Source: Callorhinchus milii
Lineage: Eukaryota
Assembly: GCF_018977255.1 (NCBI RefSeq)
Contig: NW_024704742.1
Location: 29,638,001 to 29,702,000, forward strand
Length of the DNA stretch: 64,000 nucleotides
Direction: 5' to 3'
Position numbers and translations under genes: made by a program. The notes beneath the pieces were generated by a model, which saw only the letters and a list, made by a program, of their open reading frames with translations, did not search any database and was not told the origin of the DNA. Shown in pieces: positions 11,965 to 26,139 of the stretch (the first letter of the stretch is position 1; each line of letters starts with the position of its first letter).

Positions 11965-13130
11965 TTGAATTTGCCAAGGGGGAAGCTGAAAGAGATCTGG
12001 GGTGTTAGTTGAGTCATCGCTCACTATGTCAAAACAGTGTGAGGCAACAATAAACAAAGCAAACAGACTGCTGGGGTATATTGTTAAATCAGTTGAGTTT
12101 AGACGTTAGTCTCAGGCTATACAGTGCTCTGGTCAGATGGCACCTTGAATACTGATCACAGTTCTGGTCACTACGACTGGCTCCCCATCCCCCAGAGGAT
12201 TGATTTCAAGATCCTCATCCTCACCTATAAGGCCATCCACGGCCTTGCTCCCTCCTACCTCTCTGACCTACTATCCCCCTACCTACCCGCTCGTACCCTC
12301 CGTTCCTCTGGCTCTGGTCTGCTCCACGTCCCCCGCCCCAACCGCCCTACCATCGGTGGTCGGGCCTTCAGCCTCTCAGCCCCGAGGCTCTGGAACTCTA
12401 TCCCCCAGTGCCTTCGCCGCCTCCTCCCTTTCCTCCTTCAAGGCCGGTCTCAAAACCTTTCTCTTTGACCGAGCCTTCAGCTCCCCTCTCGACTCTCTTC
12501 CCCCTCCTCGCTCCCTCCCTTCCCTCCCCTCACCCTGACCATTTCCCCCCTCCTCGCTCCCTCCCTTCCCTCCCCTCACCCTGACCATTTCCTCCCTGCT
12601 CGGGTCCTGACCCAACTGTGCAGCGCCTTGGGACGTCCTCCTGACGTGAAAGGCGCTTTATAAATGGAATCTTGTTGTTGTTGTTGTACGACATCAGGGC
12701 GGTGCCCATTACCTTGAGGATGATCCCCAGTGTTAGAGGAATGAGCTATGAGCATTGACTAGCGCTATTCAGTCTTGAGAGAAGACAACTCAGAGGGGAT
12801 CTCATAGAGGTGTATAACATTTTAAATGGGATTGAAAAAGTAAACCCAGATCAATACTTTAGGATGTAACCTAACTGTAGAACAAGAAGACATAGGTATA
12901 AAATTGTAAAGTGCAACTTCAGGACAGGTACCAAGATTTTTTTTTATATACAGAGGGTAATCAATGACTGAAACAGGTTGCCAGGGAAGGTGGTAGAGGC
13001 CAGGACACTGGACTCACTTAGAAAGTAGCTTGATGCAGTGATGGGTGGACACTAGGGTGGGTGTTCTGGAGGGATGAGGTCAGATGGGCCAAATGGCCTT
13101 CTTCATCCAGACTAATCTTGTGATCTTGTG
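11965..13130 (+). mobile_element. CR1 3' fragment, split by the L2 above
   Basis: CR1 RT C-terminal motifs (ERDLGVLV, ANRLLGYI, RGDLIEVY) and a CR1-type 3' UTR ending in repeated ATCTTGTG. Confidence 0.85.
12178..12686 (+). mobile_element. L2 3' fragment nested in a CR1, with TSD TACGAC (12172-12177 and 12687-12692)
   Basis: WLPIPQRIDFKILILTYKA...GGRAFSLSAPRLWNS; (TTG)n tail; internal ~46-bp direct repeat at ~12500-12592. Confidence 0.93.
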
Positions 13131-15414
13131 ACTTGAGCTCACAGTCTCGGCTGACAATTCACACTGGGAGGCAATGAGTTGTCGGACTTATCGTCCTCTG
13201 GATGAGATATTAAACCAAGCTTCTGCCTGCCTGCTCAAGTAACTTGCTTACAATAATCCTTGCATTTGGTATAGTGGTTTTGTTGTTATGAGGATGTCCC
13301 AAAGCGCTTCACAGGATATATTGTAAAGTGGAGTGACTGTATGTTTTTGGGGTGATAAAGATATTGAAGATCTAGTAACCAACAATCTTTCAGAGTAATT
13401 GGTCACTCACCTAATGGTTGTTAGTGGGGCTTCGCTGAGTGCAAATGGCTGCTGTCTTTGCCTACAAGAACAAGTGCTTCCAGACATCCAATTGACGTAA
13501 AAAGAGTTACCTAGGTGCAAGTCGTGGTTGTTACTACACTTGATAGTAATTAATGTAAAGCATTTTGAAATATTTTGATGTAATGTTGGACACTGCACAT
13601 ATATTAAAAAAGTATTTAGATTGCAGGTCGTGTGAGAAATGGTAGAATCTGAAGACATCTGTGACACACACCCTCTGACCGAAGAACCACAAACCTTGTT
13701 AAAACCCAAAAGTGCTTCAATTACAAAACAACGTTCAGTTCCAGCAAGTTCAAAGGTATTGTTTTTAGATGCACAAGATTTGCCTCTCGTTCAAGCATCT
13801 CCACTTAAGAGAGCTCCTGAAAAAACAATGCACTGTGCTAGACAGGCTTGCTGCCAGAACACATCTCTCTGCAGTCTCTGATCAGCCCAAATCACATTAA
13901 AAAATATAAATTCCAGCTTTTAAAACGTATCCTGTATTTGAAGAACATTCCACACAATGATTTTCCCAGCAGGACCTACAAGTACCCCTAAACAGAATTT
14001 AAAAAAAAACAAAATAAATATATAAACATATTGAGCAATATTGCACTCTGGACTAAGAGATTCTAAAAAGGATTGAATGTGAATTACCCGAATGTGTCAG
14101 AGGCAGGTTGCTACCCCCCCTCCCCTCCACCCACCCGACATAGTTCTCAATGTTGTTGTCTGGCATCTCTAGTTGCACACGCGACTTCCTGCTCACGAAT
14201 TGCTGATTCCAACCGTGTAATCAGCCAGATCGTGACTTCATTAAAACTCAAAAGAGCAACATCTGGCTACATGGTGGGTAAAAGACATGATCCGTGATGT
14301 GGTAGAGGAACACGCAAAACAGTTTTAGGATGTCAGCAATGAGTCAGCCTCATACACGCCCGTGTACTCCATATTCGACATTTAACAAATCTCTTAATTC
14401 AAACTGCAAGTTAAACTGCATTAACTTAATTACAGAACTATTATGATTCTCAAACTACTGGTCTTTTCTGAAGCAACTTTTACATCTCCAAATGTCTGTA
14501 CTCCCTCTTGGAGTCAGAAGTTTTGGGGTTCACACTGAAACTCCAATGCAATGCTGAGGAATCATAGAATTATACAGCACAGAAGGAGGCCATTCGGCCC
14601 ATTGTGTCTGAGCCAGAAGCATTGCATTATAGGAGATGCCGTCCTTCAAATAAAATGTTAAACCAGAGTTTGCCTGTTCTGGTGGATGTTAAAGATCCCT
14701 TGGCACTATTCAAAAAGACAAGGGTTTTTCCCAGTGTCCTGGCTAACAATCCCCAGAAAAAAAATGGTCATTCACTCCATGGCTGTTTTTACGAAAATAT
14801 TGTGTGCAAATTGGTTGCTATGTTTGTCTGCAAAATACTCCGTGTTGTGCTTTTCGACAAGATAACAAATGCAAGGATTATTATTATTATTACTACGAGT
14901 TTGCCTCCTGAGGTAAAACCCTCTCTTGAGGCAAGCTGCAAAGTGAAATGGATGGTTTTCACCCTGTTGACTGCTGAATCCAAGATAAGAGTTGGATCTC
15001 CTTTTGATGTCACATAAAGAATATTCCAATTCTTTGTTTGAGGTCAGCTGGGTGTCTGAAATGTGCAGAAACCCATCACCATGCTAAAGAGTATCCAAAC
15101 CAAACCGACCAGAGTTCCATGAAATTTAGCTGTGCTAATTATCACATCACAGATGGCAAAAGCTCCCCCACCCCACCCCCATGTTTCTATCACAATTAGT
15201 GCCTCAATTAATATTTATAAAGAGCGTTGTGAGCAAGCATTAAGGCTAAGGTTAGAACAATAGGCACAGAGATAAGCAACAGATGTGTGCTGCTGCTGAG
15301 ACAAGGAAAATATCATGTTGAGGAATCCAACCAGTCCAGGATGTATAAGGTAGGATGTAAGGTCAAAGAGGTAATGTGCAATTTTGCTCCACTTACATTT
15401 CTCGTCGTTAGTGG

Positions 15415-15786
15415 TCAAAGTCACTAATGACATTCTGATCATCTGTGATCAGGGCTATCTCTGCCTCCTTGTCCTCTCTGCTGCCTTTGCCACTGTCAAC
15501 CATTCTATCCTCCTACACGCCTCTCCTCTCAGCTCAATCTTCGCAGACCTGCCCTTGCCTGGTACGAATCTTACCTCTGCCACCGTCTCCACTTTGTCAC
15601 CTTCTCCTCCTTCAAGACCAGTCTCAAGTCCCTCCTCTTCAACCATGCCTTTGGTCACCCTCCCTTCCCCCCTAGTCTCCATCCTCCCTGATCCCCAGTT
15701 GAAAATACTGACTGTCCAGCGCCTTGGGACATCCTCCCGATGTGAAAGGTGCTGAACAAAAGAATGTTGTTGTTGTTGTTGTTGTT
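15415..15786 (+). mobile_element. Internally deleted L2 (RT start joined to the 3' end)
   Basis: VKVTNDILIICDQGYLCLLVLSAAFATVNH joined directly to the L2 3' UTR and (TTG)n tail. Confidence 0.85.
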
Positions 15787-18739
15787 CTCAATGTTGGATT
15801 GTAATGCGTCATCCTGGCTCAGTTGGTATCACTCTCCCCTCTGGTTCAGAAGGCTAATGAGCTCAACTATGGGCGAACAATGGGACTTGAGCTCACAGTG
15901 CAAGCTAACACTGCAGGGCAGAGCAAGGGGAGCACTTCATTATCGGCGGTACCGTCCGTTAGAAAATATGTTAAAGATACTGCCTATCAGGTGGATGTTA
16001 AAGATTTCACAGCACTATTCTCTCAGGGTGCTATTCAGGTTAGTTGGTTGTTTACTACATGACTGTGTGTGTGTGAGACCTCGCTGCGTGCAAATTGAAG
16101 CCACACTTATCTACAAAGATATAGTCACTGCATTTCGTATGAACTACCTGTGAAGCACTTTGAGATGTTCCGATGTAATCCGGCGCTATATCAAATGCAA
16201 GGTTCATTATTATTAATGGATTGGTATGTGTCAATGGCAGAGGGATCTGTTGAAACAATGGGCTGGACGGGCCAGGTGGGAATTCTCATTCTGGTTTCTT
16301 ACAAGTTCATGCCACACCGAGTCCTGCCAGTCAGCAGAGACAGGAGACTCTCATTCAATGGCTGGATCTGTTACCAGCTCCTGAGGTGACACCTCAGCGT
16401 GCAAACTTCCTCTTCCCTTCGCATCCCACATCCTACCTAAGTGTCACTGGTGTCTGAAATGAAGTAGCTAATGGGTTGCGGAGAAGAGCCCTGAAAATAG
16501 CAGACGCTGATGCAGATAATGAACCAATATAGTTATGACTGGCTGCAAGAGAACAATGAGGGTTTTATTCAGATTAGAGGAAAATAGCACATCACACGAT
16601 CTGACATGTACCACGTAAGAGTCTGTGTTATCCTTCACAGAAGAGTCTTGGGAGACACTCTGGGGTCCAATGCATGGTATTTTTTCTAATCCTCACAATC
16701 AAGGCTCCTTCTGGTAAGTGGATGCACATCCCCTGATCTGTGGGAACTCAGTCCCGATGCCATCTACTTCCAGAATAGATGTCCCATGTGTCAATGGAAA
16801 TCCTAGCAAGATTCCTTATGAAGGATTCCTTAATTACTGGAAGCAAGTGTGAGGGCGCCTCTTACCCCTGTGTGTGCAGGTGCATCTTCTCAGTTACTCT
16901 AACAAAAGTCCTGAAACCCCTGATTTATACACACTCTAAAATTTCTAAAAAATAAACCTCGAAAAATCAAATTAATAAACACTGAAAATCAGAAGCTCTG
17001 ATACTAATCGCTTATCAGCGCATTGGGACATCCTCCCGATGTGAAAGGCTCTGTACAAAAAGTCATTTTGTATTGTATTATTTTGTTTCTTGCCACACTC
17101 TTTTATCCGGTTCAAAACACTCGAGCCAGTGCAGGTAGCTCAGGGGATGGCAAGATACTGGTCTGAACCACCTGGTTTACCTAGAGTGACACACAGCCAG
17201 AGCAATACACTAGGGTAAAGACACTTGGTTGCCTGAGCAATTACTGCAAATGATTTATGCACTGAGTCAAGTGGCTCTTTCCTAGAGTTTTATTTATGTT
17301 CACTGAAATCAGTCTGGTCTTACAACCTTTATTTCTGAAAAAATCTAAAAGATAACTTTTCACAGGGAACATACAGTGCAGTGTAACGTATGAGCATTTT
17401 ACATTGAATGTGCTTTCCCCACTCTCCTCCCTAAATTTAAAGTCAGCAAGACAAGAGGTCTCAGGTTCAAGGTTGTAAAGAGCAATTTCAGGACAACCAG
17501 TAAGTAATTATTTAAATAGAGGGTTAATTAACGACCGACTAGTTAATAGGAAAGATGTTCGAGGTCAGGCACTGGACTTATTTAAAAACATCTGGATGTT
17601 GTAATGGAAAGATGGTAGGATGGGTATTTGGGAGGGACGAAATCAAAGGGGCCTTCTTCATTCAAACTTCTCCTGTGATCTTGTTACAACAAGCAATTTT
17701 CAAAGCAGTTTCCTGAAATGTTAAGTGAGTGGCTGTGCTGGGGGACACTCCATTCTCAGGGGTGTTAAACTCCATATGCATGACTCTGAGAGGCAACAGG
17801 ATATGGATAGTGTTCGATCAGTCATCTCTCTTATTAAATTTTTCTCTCCTCCAATTTTCTCTCCTGCCCATCTCCCAAAGGCACAGATTCATGCTGTGTA
17901 CTGCTCCATGGCACAGTTGCCATCTGATACCTCAATCAAAGTCTCCATTTATCTTATGCAAACCCAGGCAGCGAATTACAGCACTCTATGTGACCCTGTA
18001 TAAAAAGGTCATACCTGAGTCCATCCCTGTGCTCACCACACAAGAACACATTCCACCAGAGGTCACTGGACAGTCACCAGCTGCCTGAGCTACTCTCATC
18101 TTTCCCCACCACCCCACACCACCAGAACAATGCATGCTTTGGCCAACTGCAGAACCTCCACTTATCTGACATCAGCAAACCCAGCACTGACCACAGATTG
18201 AACTTCAGACGTTTCTTATGTGCAGCTGAATTCTACGCTGGATGACAAGTTTACCAACTGAGCCATTGAGGGAGTTCCTGTACTTTCTCAAACACCAATC
18301 TGGCTGTCAGGGTGAATGTCATGGAATGTGGTTGAACAGAGAAGGTATTTTCTCCAGGTGTCCTGGCCAACAATGCTTTGGATATCTTGGTCCTTAATTT
18401 CTGTTTATGGGACACTGCTGTGTGCAAAATGGCTGCAGCATTTGCCTACAAATACACAGTTGATGCACTGATAAGAATTACTGTGAAGCACTTTGAAACA
18501 TTTCAACACGCTAAGGGGCAAGATTTTGTTTCATGTAAATGCTTCCCCTTCAAGGGCCCAGCACTAGTTTTCCACATTTACTGTCTTTTCTGAATAAGGT
18601 GGAAAGAAAAAATTGATCCTACAGTTAGTCCACCAAGTGTTACCAAGAATAAATGGGCAACAACCACCTTTTTATAGGGCCCTTCACATGGTGTGGTGTC
18701 CCGGAGTGCTTCACTAAAGCGTCATATACATTGCGGGGG

Positions 18740-21590
18740 CAGGTAATTCAGCCACATCTGCAAAAGGTTATAGGATAAAGAAAGCAAATTAGGAGAGAAA
18801 CGTATACAAGTGTTCTGTAAAACCGCGCTGGATTGTTGGGAACACTGATCAATAAAGGCTGGATTAAGACGTCACCACTTCTCTGATCTGTACTCTCTAA
18901 AGGTAGGTGGGCTGTGCAAGCTGTTTTTCAAGACTCAACGATTTTGTACCAAGTCAAGCATTGATACACTGACTGGGAGACGTTGAAGCGAGCTGCACGC
19001 GTGCTGCAGAAAGCACACCAGTGAGGAAGGAATTCCAAACCCACAGATATGTGCTGAGGAGAAAATTCTACGCATAAAAAAGCTGCTAAGCTATTGCACA
19101 CCACCATCTCAAGCCATCAATTATGTTCCCGTCATACAAAGCAGACTGTGCAGAGCCTCTGCTGGTTACTGCCGTGCTCTCAAGACCATGATCAGATGTT
19201 TCTGCAGCAGCATTTGTTTTTGCTGTGTCTTCCTTTCCTATATGTGTCTATGTGTACCTGGTGAGCGTGCATTCTTCTTCTGCCTGTTTGCATCTGGGTG
19301 TATGTGTGGGCACGCATGTGCCTGCACGAGCGTGTGTATGTAATATGTTTATTTTTCTTCTGGTTCAACTCCCTTTCTCTCTTATATTCCTTTCCTTGTT
19401 TGCCTTCTTTTCCAGTTTTTTCCTGCCTATTTTTTTTCTCTCTTTATTATCATTTTGCCTCTTCACCTACTGTCTCTTACATTTCCTTTCGGTCTACCGT
19501 ATTTATTCTCCAGGTCTCTTGCTTTGTTTCTTTTACTTCTCCCTCAGTCTCCCTCCCCCATCCACCATTTAATTTGCATTTGTCCATCTGATTTCCAACA
19601 AGGCAGTGTTTTATCAAGCGTCTGTTTTGGCAGTCTTTGGCAGCTCCCTGTTTGGTGCCAAATAATCAGTGACAAAGACAGCGAGTGAACTGCGAGCACG
19701 ACACCTCAGCCCTGAAGCTGTAACAACCTGCAATGTGCAAATGCTGCGGAGGGTTGTCTTTATCCAACGCAGGCAAATGTTTCATTGACACAGACCAAAC
19801 TTTATCGTAAATAGAGCAAGTGTATATAATTGCTAGTTTACGAGGCAGGTGAAGAGGAATCAAACATTCAGTACTTGATGAAAGGAACTATATTGGCTTA
19901 TCTGGTCCATGACCACAGACCAACCATTAACTGAAAAATGTTAAAGGACTCATTATTCTTTCACGTAACTGGAAGGATTTCAGAGCACGCAAGAGGAGGT
20001 CTTAAGCATGCACTTGATCACACTTAAATGTGGGAATAATGACCCAAGAGGGTGCTTGAGAGGAGACATGCTTTCGTGTAAAAGTTCAGTAATAATTTAG
20101 CCCTGACTCCTTTTATTGCTGCCTTTTTATTGTGGTTGCAACATTGCAGAATGAAACTGGTCTCAGAGCAGGTATGAGATCCATAGCACAGAGTTGTAAA
20201 TGCACTACAGCTACTTCAGACTGCAGTAGAAGCCTGGGTTGGGGTTACTGTTACATCCCACTGATGATGCTTTGTGTTTCCAATACATTTATCATATCAT
20301 ACATGGGCAGAGGGAGGGGAGTTGCAGTTCAATGGATGGATTTTTGTTATTCTGGAGTTCCTTTCAATGAAAGACAAGAGGAAAAGAGGCAAGAAATTGG
20401 GCTTAAGACTATACCTAGCAGAGGAACTGGCAAGAACATTTGCTCAATGGATTGAATGGCTGCCGTCTGATGTCATTTCTCTGAGTCTGATCTGCATGTT
20501 TGCTTCAGCTAAAAGATCTGATACTAATTTCTGTTCTTCTCAGTCTTGAGAACAGCCTCAAGTCAGTGCTCTAAAAACAATGGGGGTGAAAAACGCAAAA
20601 CAAAAAAACGTTTCTTACCAGATTCAATGTGACAATAATTATCACATCAAATCCGTTATGAAACATTCCCAATGAGTTACAATATTCACACTCCCAACAT
20701 GTTTTAATCATTTGCCTCAATGCAAGTTAATGGAAAATGCTAATTCCTTGGTTGAAGTGCTTTGAGACATCTCGACGACATGATAAGGTGCTTTATAAAA
20801 TGCAGGGATTATTATTATTATTTTAATAGCATGGCCAAGGCCCCACCATCATCTGTTTCCTCTACCTGCCTACGTTGCTTATTCAAGATGTTACACCCTG
20901 CCAACAACCAGTCTTCACGTGCAACTGCTCTCAAACCACAGGCATTCAAGGCAGAAAGCAAACTGGTCAACCTATTCCCAGAATCCAAGCACTCACTCAC
21001 ATCTCCTCACAGTCCCCAGCCCCAGGTAATTTACTAATACTTCAAGCTGCACACAAATGTTTCCAATAACCTGCAACTTGATACTAATGACCTTTTCAGT
21101 CATAAAAAAAAACCTCAGGAATTATAATCCTCATCCTTGTGAACTGTGTTTCTGTCCCATTTACAGTGGGCCGCGGTTTACCCAGACAGGGTGGACCCCT
21201 TTCTATATGGTGAAAATTTAGGGTAACTGCACGTATGCAGCATGTTCGGTACTGTGTTATTACAGCACACAAACTATCATGCAATGGAGTAAATACAGTG
21301 TTAACGTGCTTCAATATAACGTGGGCGTCACTTATAAGGCCGATGCCCTGGATTCCTGTGCATACACAGGAAATGCCAAAACACAACCTACTGGGTTAGG
21401 TGGTGCAATGCTAGGCCAATAGATTTCTGTGCACGTGAACAGTGTGCAGGAAAGGATGCCAGCGGTGACCCAATGACCCGGAAGCCAGACGGTTTCCTTG
21501 AGTACTGGTTTACAGCGTTTTCTCTGAAGCACTGTGGGATTGATGAAGTCATGAAGCGGACTTGCTGACCGGACGATGATGTTTTGTTAT
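18740..21590 (+). pseudogene. CSPG4: CSPG4-like segments: repeats 4-7
   Basis: LTQTKLYRK*SKCI*LLVYE vs LSADHLFVKSLNSASYLYE; EETCFRVKVQ vs EEVRGVFRVAIQ; KDKRKRG vs EDLRKRR; QWIEWLPSD vs GWIQLQVSD; RATALKPQA vs QATALLEVQA; LQLDTND vs LHLDTNLD; SGPRF vs AGPRW. Confidence 0.75.
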
Positions 21591-22094
21591 TTTGTTCGCC
21601 CACAAAACACACAGTCACTGCACTTTACAGTGTAGCCTGTGAAATACTTTGGGATGTCCTGCCAATATGAAAGGTGCTACACCAAATGTAAGGATCATTA
21701 TTATAAGGCGAGTTGTGATTTTATGGAGCTTATCATCGCATTATGGACAGGGCTCTGCTGTATCTCCAGAACTGAAGTGTACAAAAGCCCTGGAATGCCG
21801 TAATCATGTGTTGGGATTTGAAAGTAAATTGATACTTTTGTCCAATACAATTTGACAATTAGTATCCTGATAACTGGACAAGTGGAGCTTGGATAAACAG
21901 ATTACCCCATCCAACATTAGCTCTGTTAATTTTCCAAAAGTTTTGTCCAACATTGGAAAGAGGGAGTGTCAGGGAGCACGAAATTTAAACAAATCATTTG
22001 GCTACTAAGCCTACCCATAGGTATAACAACAACTTGCATTTATATAGCATCCATCAAATGGGGTAGCGTCCCGGAGCACTTTGTTAGTTTAGAT

Positions 22095-22510
22095 GTGAGC
22101 TTGGCTAAGTTGTTAGCACTCTTGCCTCTGAGTCAGAAGGCCATGGGTTTGATCTCCATGTTGGAGCTCAAAGTCTAAGCTCACACTTCAACACAGCGCT
22201 GGGGGAGCGCTGCGTTGTCAGAGGTGCCACCATTAGTTAAGGTGTTAAACCGAGATCCCATCTGCCTGTTAAGGTGGACGTTAAAGATCCCATGGTACTA
22301 TTCAAAAAGAGAAGGGAGTTTCTTCTGGTGTCTTGGCCAACAATCCCCTCTGGTACAAATTGGGTCATTCACATTATGGCTGTTTATGGGACATTGTTAT
22401 GCAGAAATTGATAGCCTCATTTGTCTACAAATACACAGTCACTACACTTTGCAGAACAATCCTGTGAGGCACTTTGGGACATTTCGATAAAACGTTATGT
22501 AAGACATTAT
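22095..22510 (+). mobile_element. Deu-domain SINE (SacSINE1-like)
   Basis: Head GGCTAAGTTGTTAGCACTCTTGCCTCTGAGTCAGAAGG; core GTTAAACCGAG...GTGGACGTTAAAGATCCCATGG; L2-like tail. Confidence 0.85.
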
Positions 22511-22554
22511 ATCATGTTCTGTAATTAATATTATTATTTTGTTGGATCGTGCAA

Positions 22555-24110
22555 AACCCACCTGCACTGTCACAAAATCTCTCGCCAATGGAGACCCGCT
22601 GTCCATTGGATGAAAGACACATTTACCTACAGGGCAGCTTATCCTCGAGGCATAAAACCACAGGCTGTAGCCTGCCTGACTACAGCTCCATCAGTGCAAA
22701 AGCATTTCATTAACAGTATCATTTTTCAGGGCTGACCTCAAACTGGTGCATTGTAACTAACGACATAGTTTATCCTGTCGATGAGTGGACGGAAACGCAA
22801 GCCACCAATTGAAAATCCATTGCCTGATATGGTATTTTGAAGCTTAGGTCAAGGGGAACTCATTTAAAGGCCTGAAATTCCAACAATGTATAGATATTCC
22901 ACCTGGGTGTACAAATGCAGAATTTGGCAAATTGTTGAATTCAGTTTTAGATATGAAGTCCCATTTTTTGTACTGTAGTTTTTAAGAGAAACTACAGACA
23001 AGTTTTGGCGATTCAGCTTAACATACACAGGGTTCCCTGGAAGGGAAAGTCTTTATGTCCCGAGAAGTGGATTCACACCATTTACAGGACAGTTTTCAAT
23101 GGAAAGGACAGTACTCACTTTATCAAGGATTTTCATATTCAAGTACTGAAGGCCTAGTAAAGGAGACCAGAGAAAGATGGCATGGTGCACATTTCCATAA
23201 TGGAATACACCTCAAGGTGTCAAATAAATCAAAGCACAGTATTGGGATGCTAGTCCCATTCTTAGGGGCGAGTCACAGTAAGGTAGATATAAGGTATGAA
23301 TAAAACAGGGAACATCAGAGAGAGATGATTAGCCCACGGATCACTTCAGAATTTGCCAAGTGCAACCTCATCCCCTGAATCTCTCGAAAATCTGCTATAA
23401 AATGGGTTGCATACAAACGTCTATATGACTGATGCATTTATATCCCCTGCCACCGCAGTACTTATGCAGAGAGCTGTCTGCCGTGAAAAGCAGAGAATGG
23501 TTGACTCAGGAGCAGATAACAAGGTTACACAAAGGCAAATTTATTCAGCGACTCACTGCCATCTTCACCCCTCCTCTCCTGAAGACATTAACTGAAGTTA
23601 CGGTAAGGTGGCAACCCTGTGTTGTCTTGCACAGGTGGCTATTCTTCATGTAACAGACCAGACAATGAGTGTCGCCTAGTTTTTCTCAGCTAAGCTCGTC
23701 AGCCCTCATCCAACATACCCACAGTTGCAGTATGACTTGGGAGTCCTTTTAACAAATTCTGTCAAGAATTATTGCAATTTGGATCCCACTATGGTAACAT
23801 GAAGATATAGTATTTGGTAGAGTCTGGTAAGATTTATTTCGAAGCATTGGAATATATACTGTACACTATCTGCAAGTCAAACTATTGAGACAGACACATG
23901 CACACAAATACCCGTCATCCAAACTTTTTTGTATTCACAATGCGTCTGGTCCCAATTATTGCAGGCATTAGGCTCTCCACTGTAACGTTCACTTAAATGA
24001 GTTACTCGATGGTGCTTGTGGAACTGCAGGGGAAGGAAAAAAAGAATCATCCTTTTGGGGGAACACAGTAATCCCAGGCAGCAGCAGGCGAGATAACTGC
24101 AACACATCGC
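22555..24110 (+). pseudogene. CSPG4: CSPG4-like segment: extra repeat-6/7-like module, then repeat 8
   Basis: HGAHFHNGIHLKVSN vs HSGADRGWIQLQVSD; KQRMVDSGADNKVTQRQIYSA...PSSPEDI vs KKIYVFQGEAAEIRRDQLEAA...VPPADI; LGSPL* and VLVELQ vs LGAPLE and VLVELE. Confidence 0.7.
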
Positions 24111-26139
24111 AAGTTGTCAAAGCAGTGTGTCCCAGATGCTCAGATCTCTACCATGAACATGCTGATCCTCACTGACTCATCTGGATCAAGCTATTTCAAT
24201 CAACCCTAACTCTGCCTTGCAACGCTACACCACCTTGGGTCAGTTGATAGCGCTCATGCCTCTATATCAGAGGTTTGTGCATTGAAGCCCTCCATAAACA
24301 GTGGCATAATGTAGCTGGACTCCAGGGCAGTATTGACAACGAGTGCTACAATGTCAAGAGCTGCCATTATTCCAGTGAGGTGCTGAACCAAAGTCTCTTT
24401 TCTGGTTCTTCACATGTACGTCAATGCTAACAATCCCAAGTACCCTTTCCTAGAAGACCGGGAGATGGGGTGGAAGGAGGGCGGATTCTTACTTTTCCTT
24501 AAAAAAATTCACATTTTAAAAAAAGATTAAATTTCATGTCACTGATTGTGGGTTGTGACTGACGCTGATTAACTGACACTTGGGTATACATAACAGTCAC
24601 TACACTTCAAAGCAACACATTTCTGACATTTTGACGAGTTACAATGGGATACAGGATTTGGGGAGAGACAAAGAAACAGCACGTTTTACACAGCACGGGA
24701 GCTAAAGGCAGCATTGCTAAATAACTGGCTGCAACAGGCAGCCCTGCAATAGAAACATAGCATTAGTTTAGTTCTTAATGAAACCTACATTTTGAGCCGA
24801 GCCAAAATATCCTCATCCAGTCGTTACTGGATCTTTGACTTGCAGTAACCTGCGGGATATCCATATATGGCCTGTTGTCAGGATTTTTTTGAAAACAAAA
24901 CTTGGCTTGTAAAATATAACTTGCTGAAGCCAACTGCTCCCAGGCACAATGATGAGCTACTAGCGTGAGTTACAAATACTCTGAAGGAGCAATCGTTGCA
25001 TTGTCTAAGCAGCTCAAAGCATACATATTATTGTTGTCAGTGCTGGCGCCAATCTTAGCCAAAAGAAATGTAAGCAAGCTGCTAAAATTGCTCCAGCCAT
25101 CAAGTACTTTTTTAAAAAATTGGGAGCTTTTGGTAATTGCTTGATAAATTACATCTCTTCTGTTTCACCCCACCCCCACTCCTATCCACCAAACCTATCA
25201 AATTTCCTCTCCTCTCTTGAACTCATCCAAGTTGGTTTTTCTACTTGTGTGAGATAATGAGTTTCAGCAAAATATCAAGATTAACAGTAATCCGTGCGTT
25301 TGATATAGCGCCTTTCACATCAGGAAGATATCTCAAAGCGCTTCACATGATTTTATTCTAAAGTGTGTGACTGTGTATTTGTAGCTAAATGTGGCAGCCA
25401 ATTTGCGCACAGCAATGTCTCACAAACAGCCATGAAATGAGTGGCCAATTTTAAATGGAGAATTGTTGGCCAGGACTGCTAGTAAACCTTCGGCAAGTTT
25501 CCTTACTCCACAAGCCTCTGTTTACCAAGTAGTAAGTAGGAACCCATTTGTTAGTCGATTGGCGGATTACATAATAATCCCGGNAAAAAAAAAAATTTGG
25601 TCACTCAATCCATGGCTGTTTGTGGGACATTGCCAAGCACAATTGGCTGCTGTGTTTTGCCCACAAAATACATATTCACTACACTGTACAATATTTTCGG
25701 CAAAGCATTTTGAAACGTCTCAACGACGTAATAAGGTACTCTATCAAATGCGGGTATTATTATTATTAAGACACTGAGACAAACTCTCTGCTCTTTTTTA
25801 ATAGTGCCATGTGTAATTACCAAATTTTTAATACAATATACTGAATTTACTAAAGAATGCACTTCAATGTTTTAGAAATTCAATAATTATACATTTATTG
25901 AGAAATCGCTCAAGAAATGCTGCAAATTAAACTCCTTAAAATCGGCATATGACAAACCCATTGTCTGAGGCTGACATCAGTGCCTTTTGAATGCTACTGT
26001 ATAAGTCAAACACACCAAACACTGACGGTTGTCATCAAATACTCCCTACGCCTTTCTGCATCAGTTTCTAGTTTCTACTGCCAATCATTTTACACGCTGC
26101 TGTGTGTAGTACACTCCATCCTGTAATAACACAGTACAG

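Larger units (their letters stand above)
11660..14410 (+). pseudogene. CSPG4: CSPG4-like islands (11660-11860, 13620-13890, 14150-14410): repeats 2-3
   Basis: CCDGL (11668) vs ACEGL; AQDLPLVQASP (13771) vs AQDLTFRVSDGLQASP; weaker match HARVLHI vs QGRVRYL. Confidence 0.5.

Noticed and set aside
19225..19591. Hydrophobic ORF resembling a membrane protein
   Set aside because: It is a translation of (TG)-rich and pyrimidine-rich low-complexity DNA.
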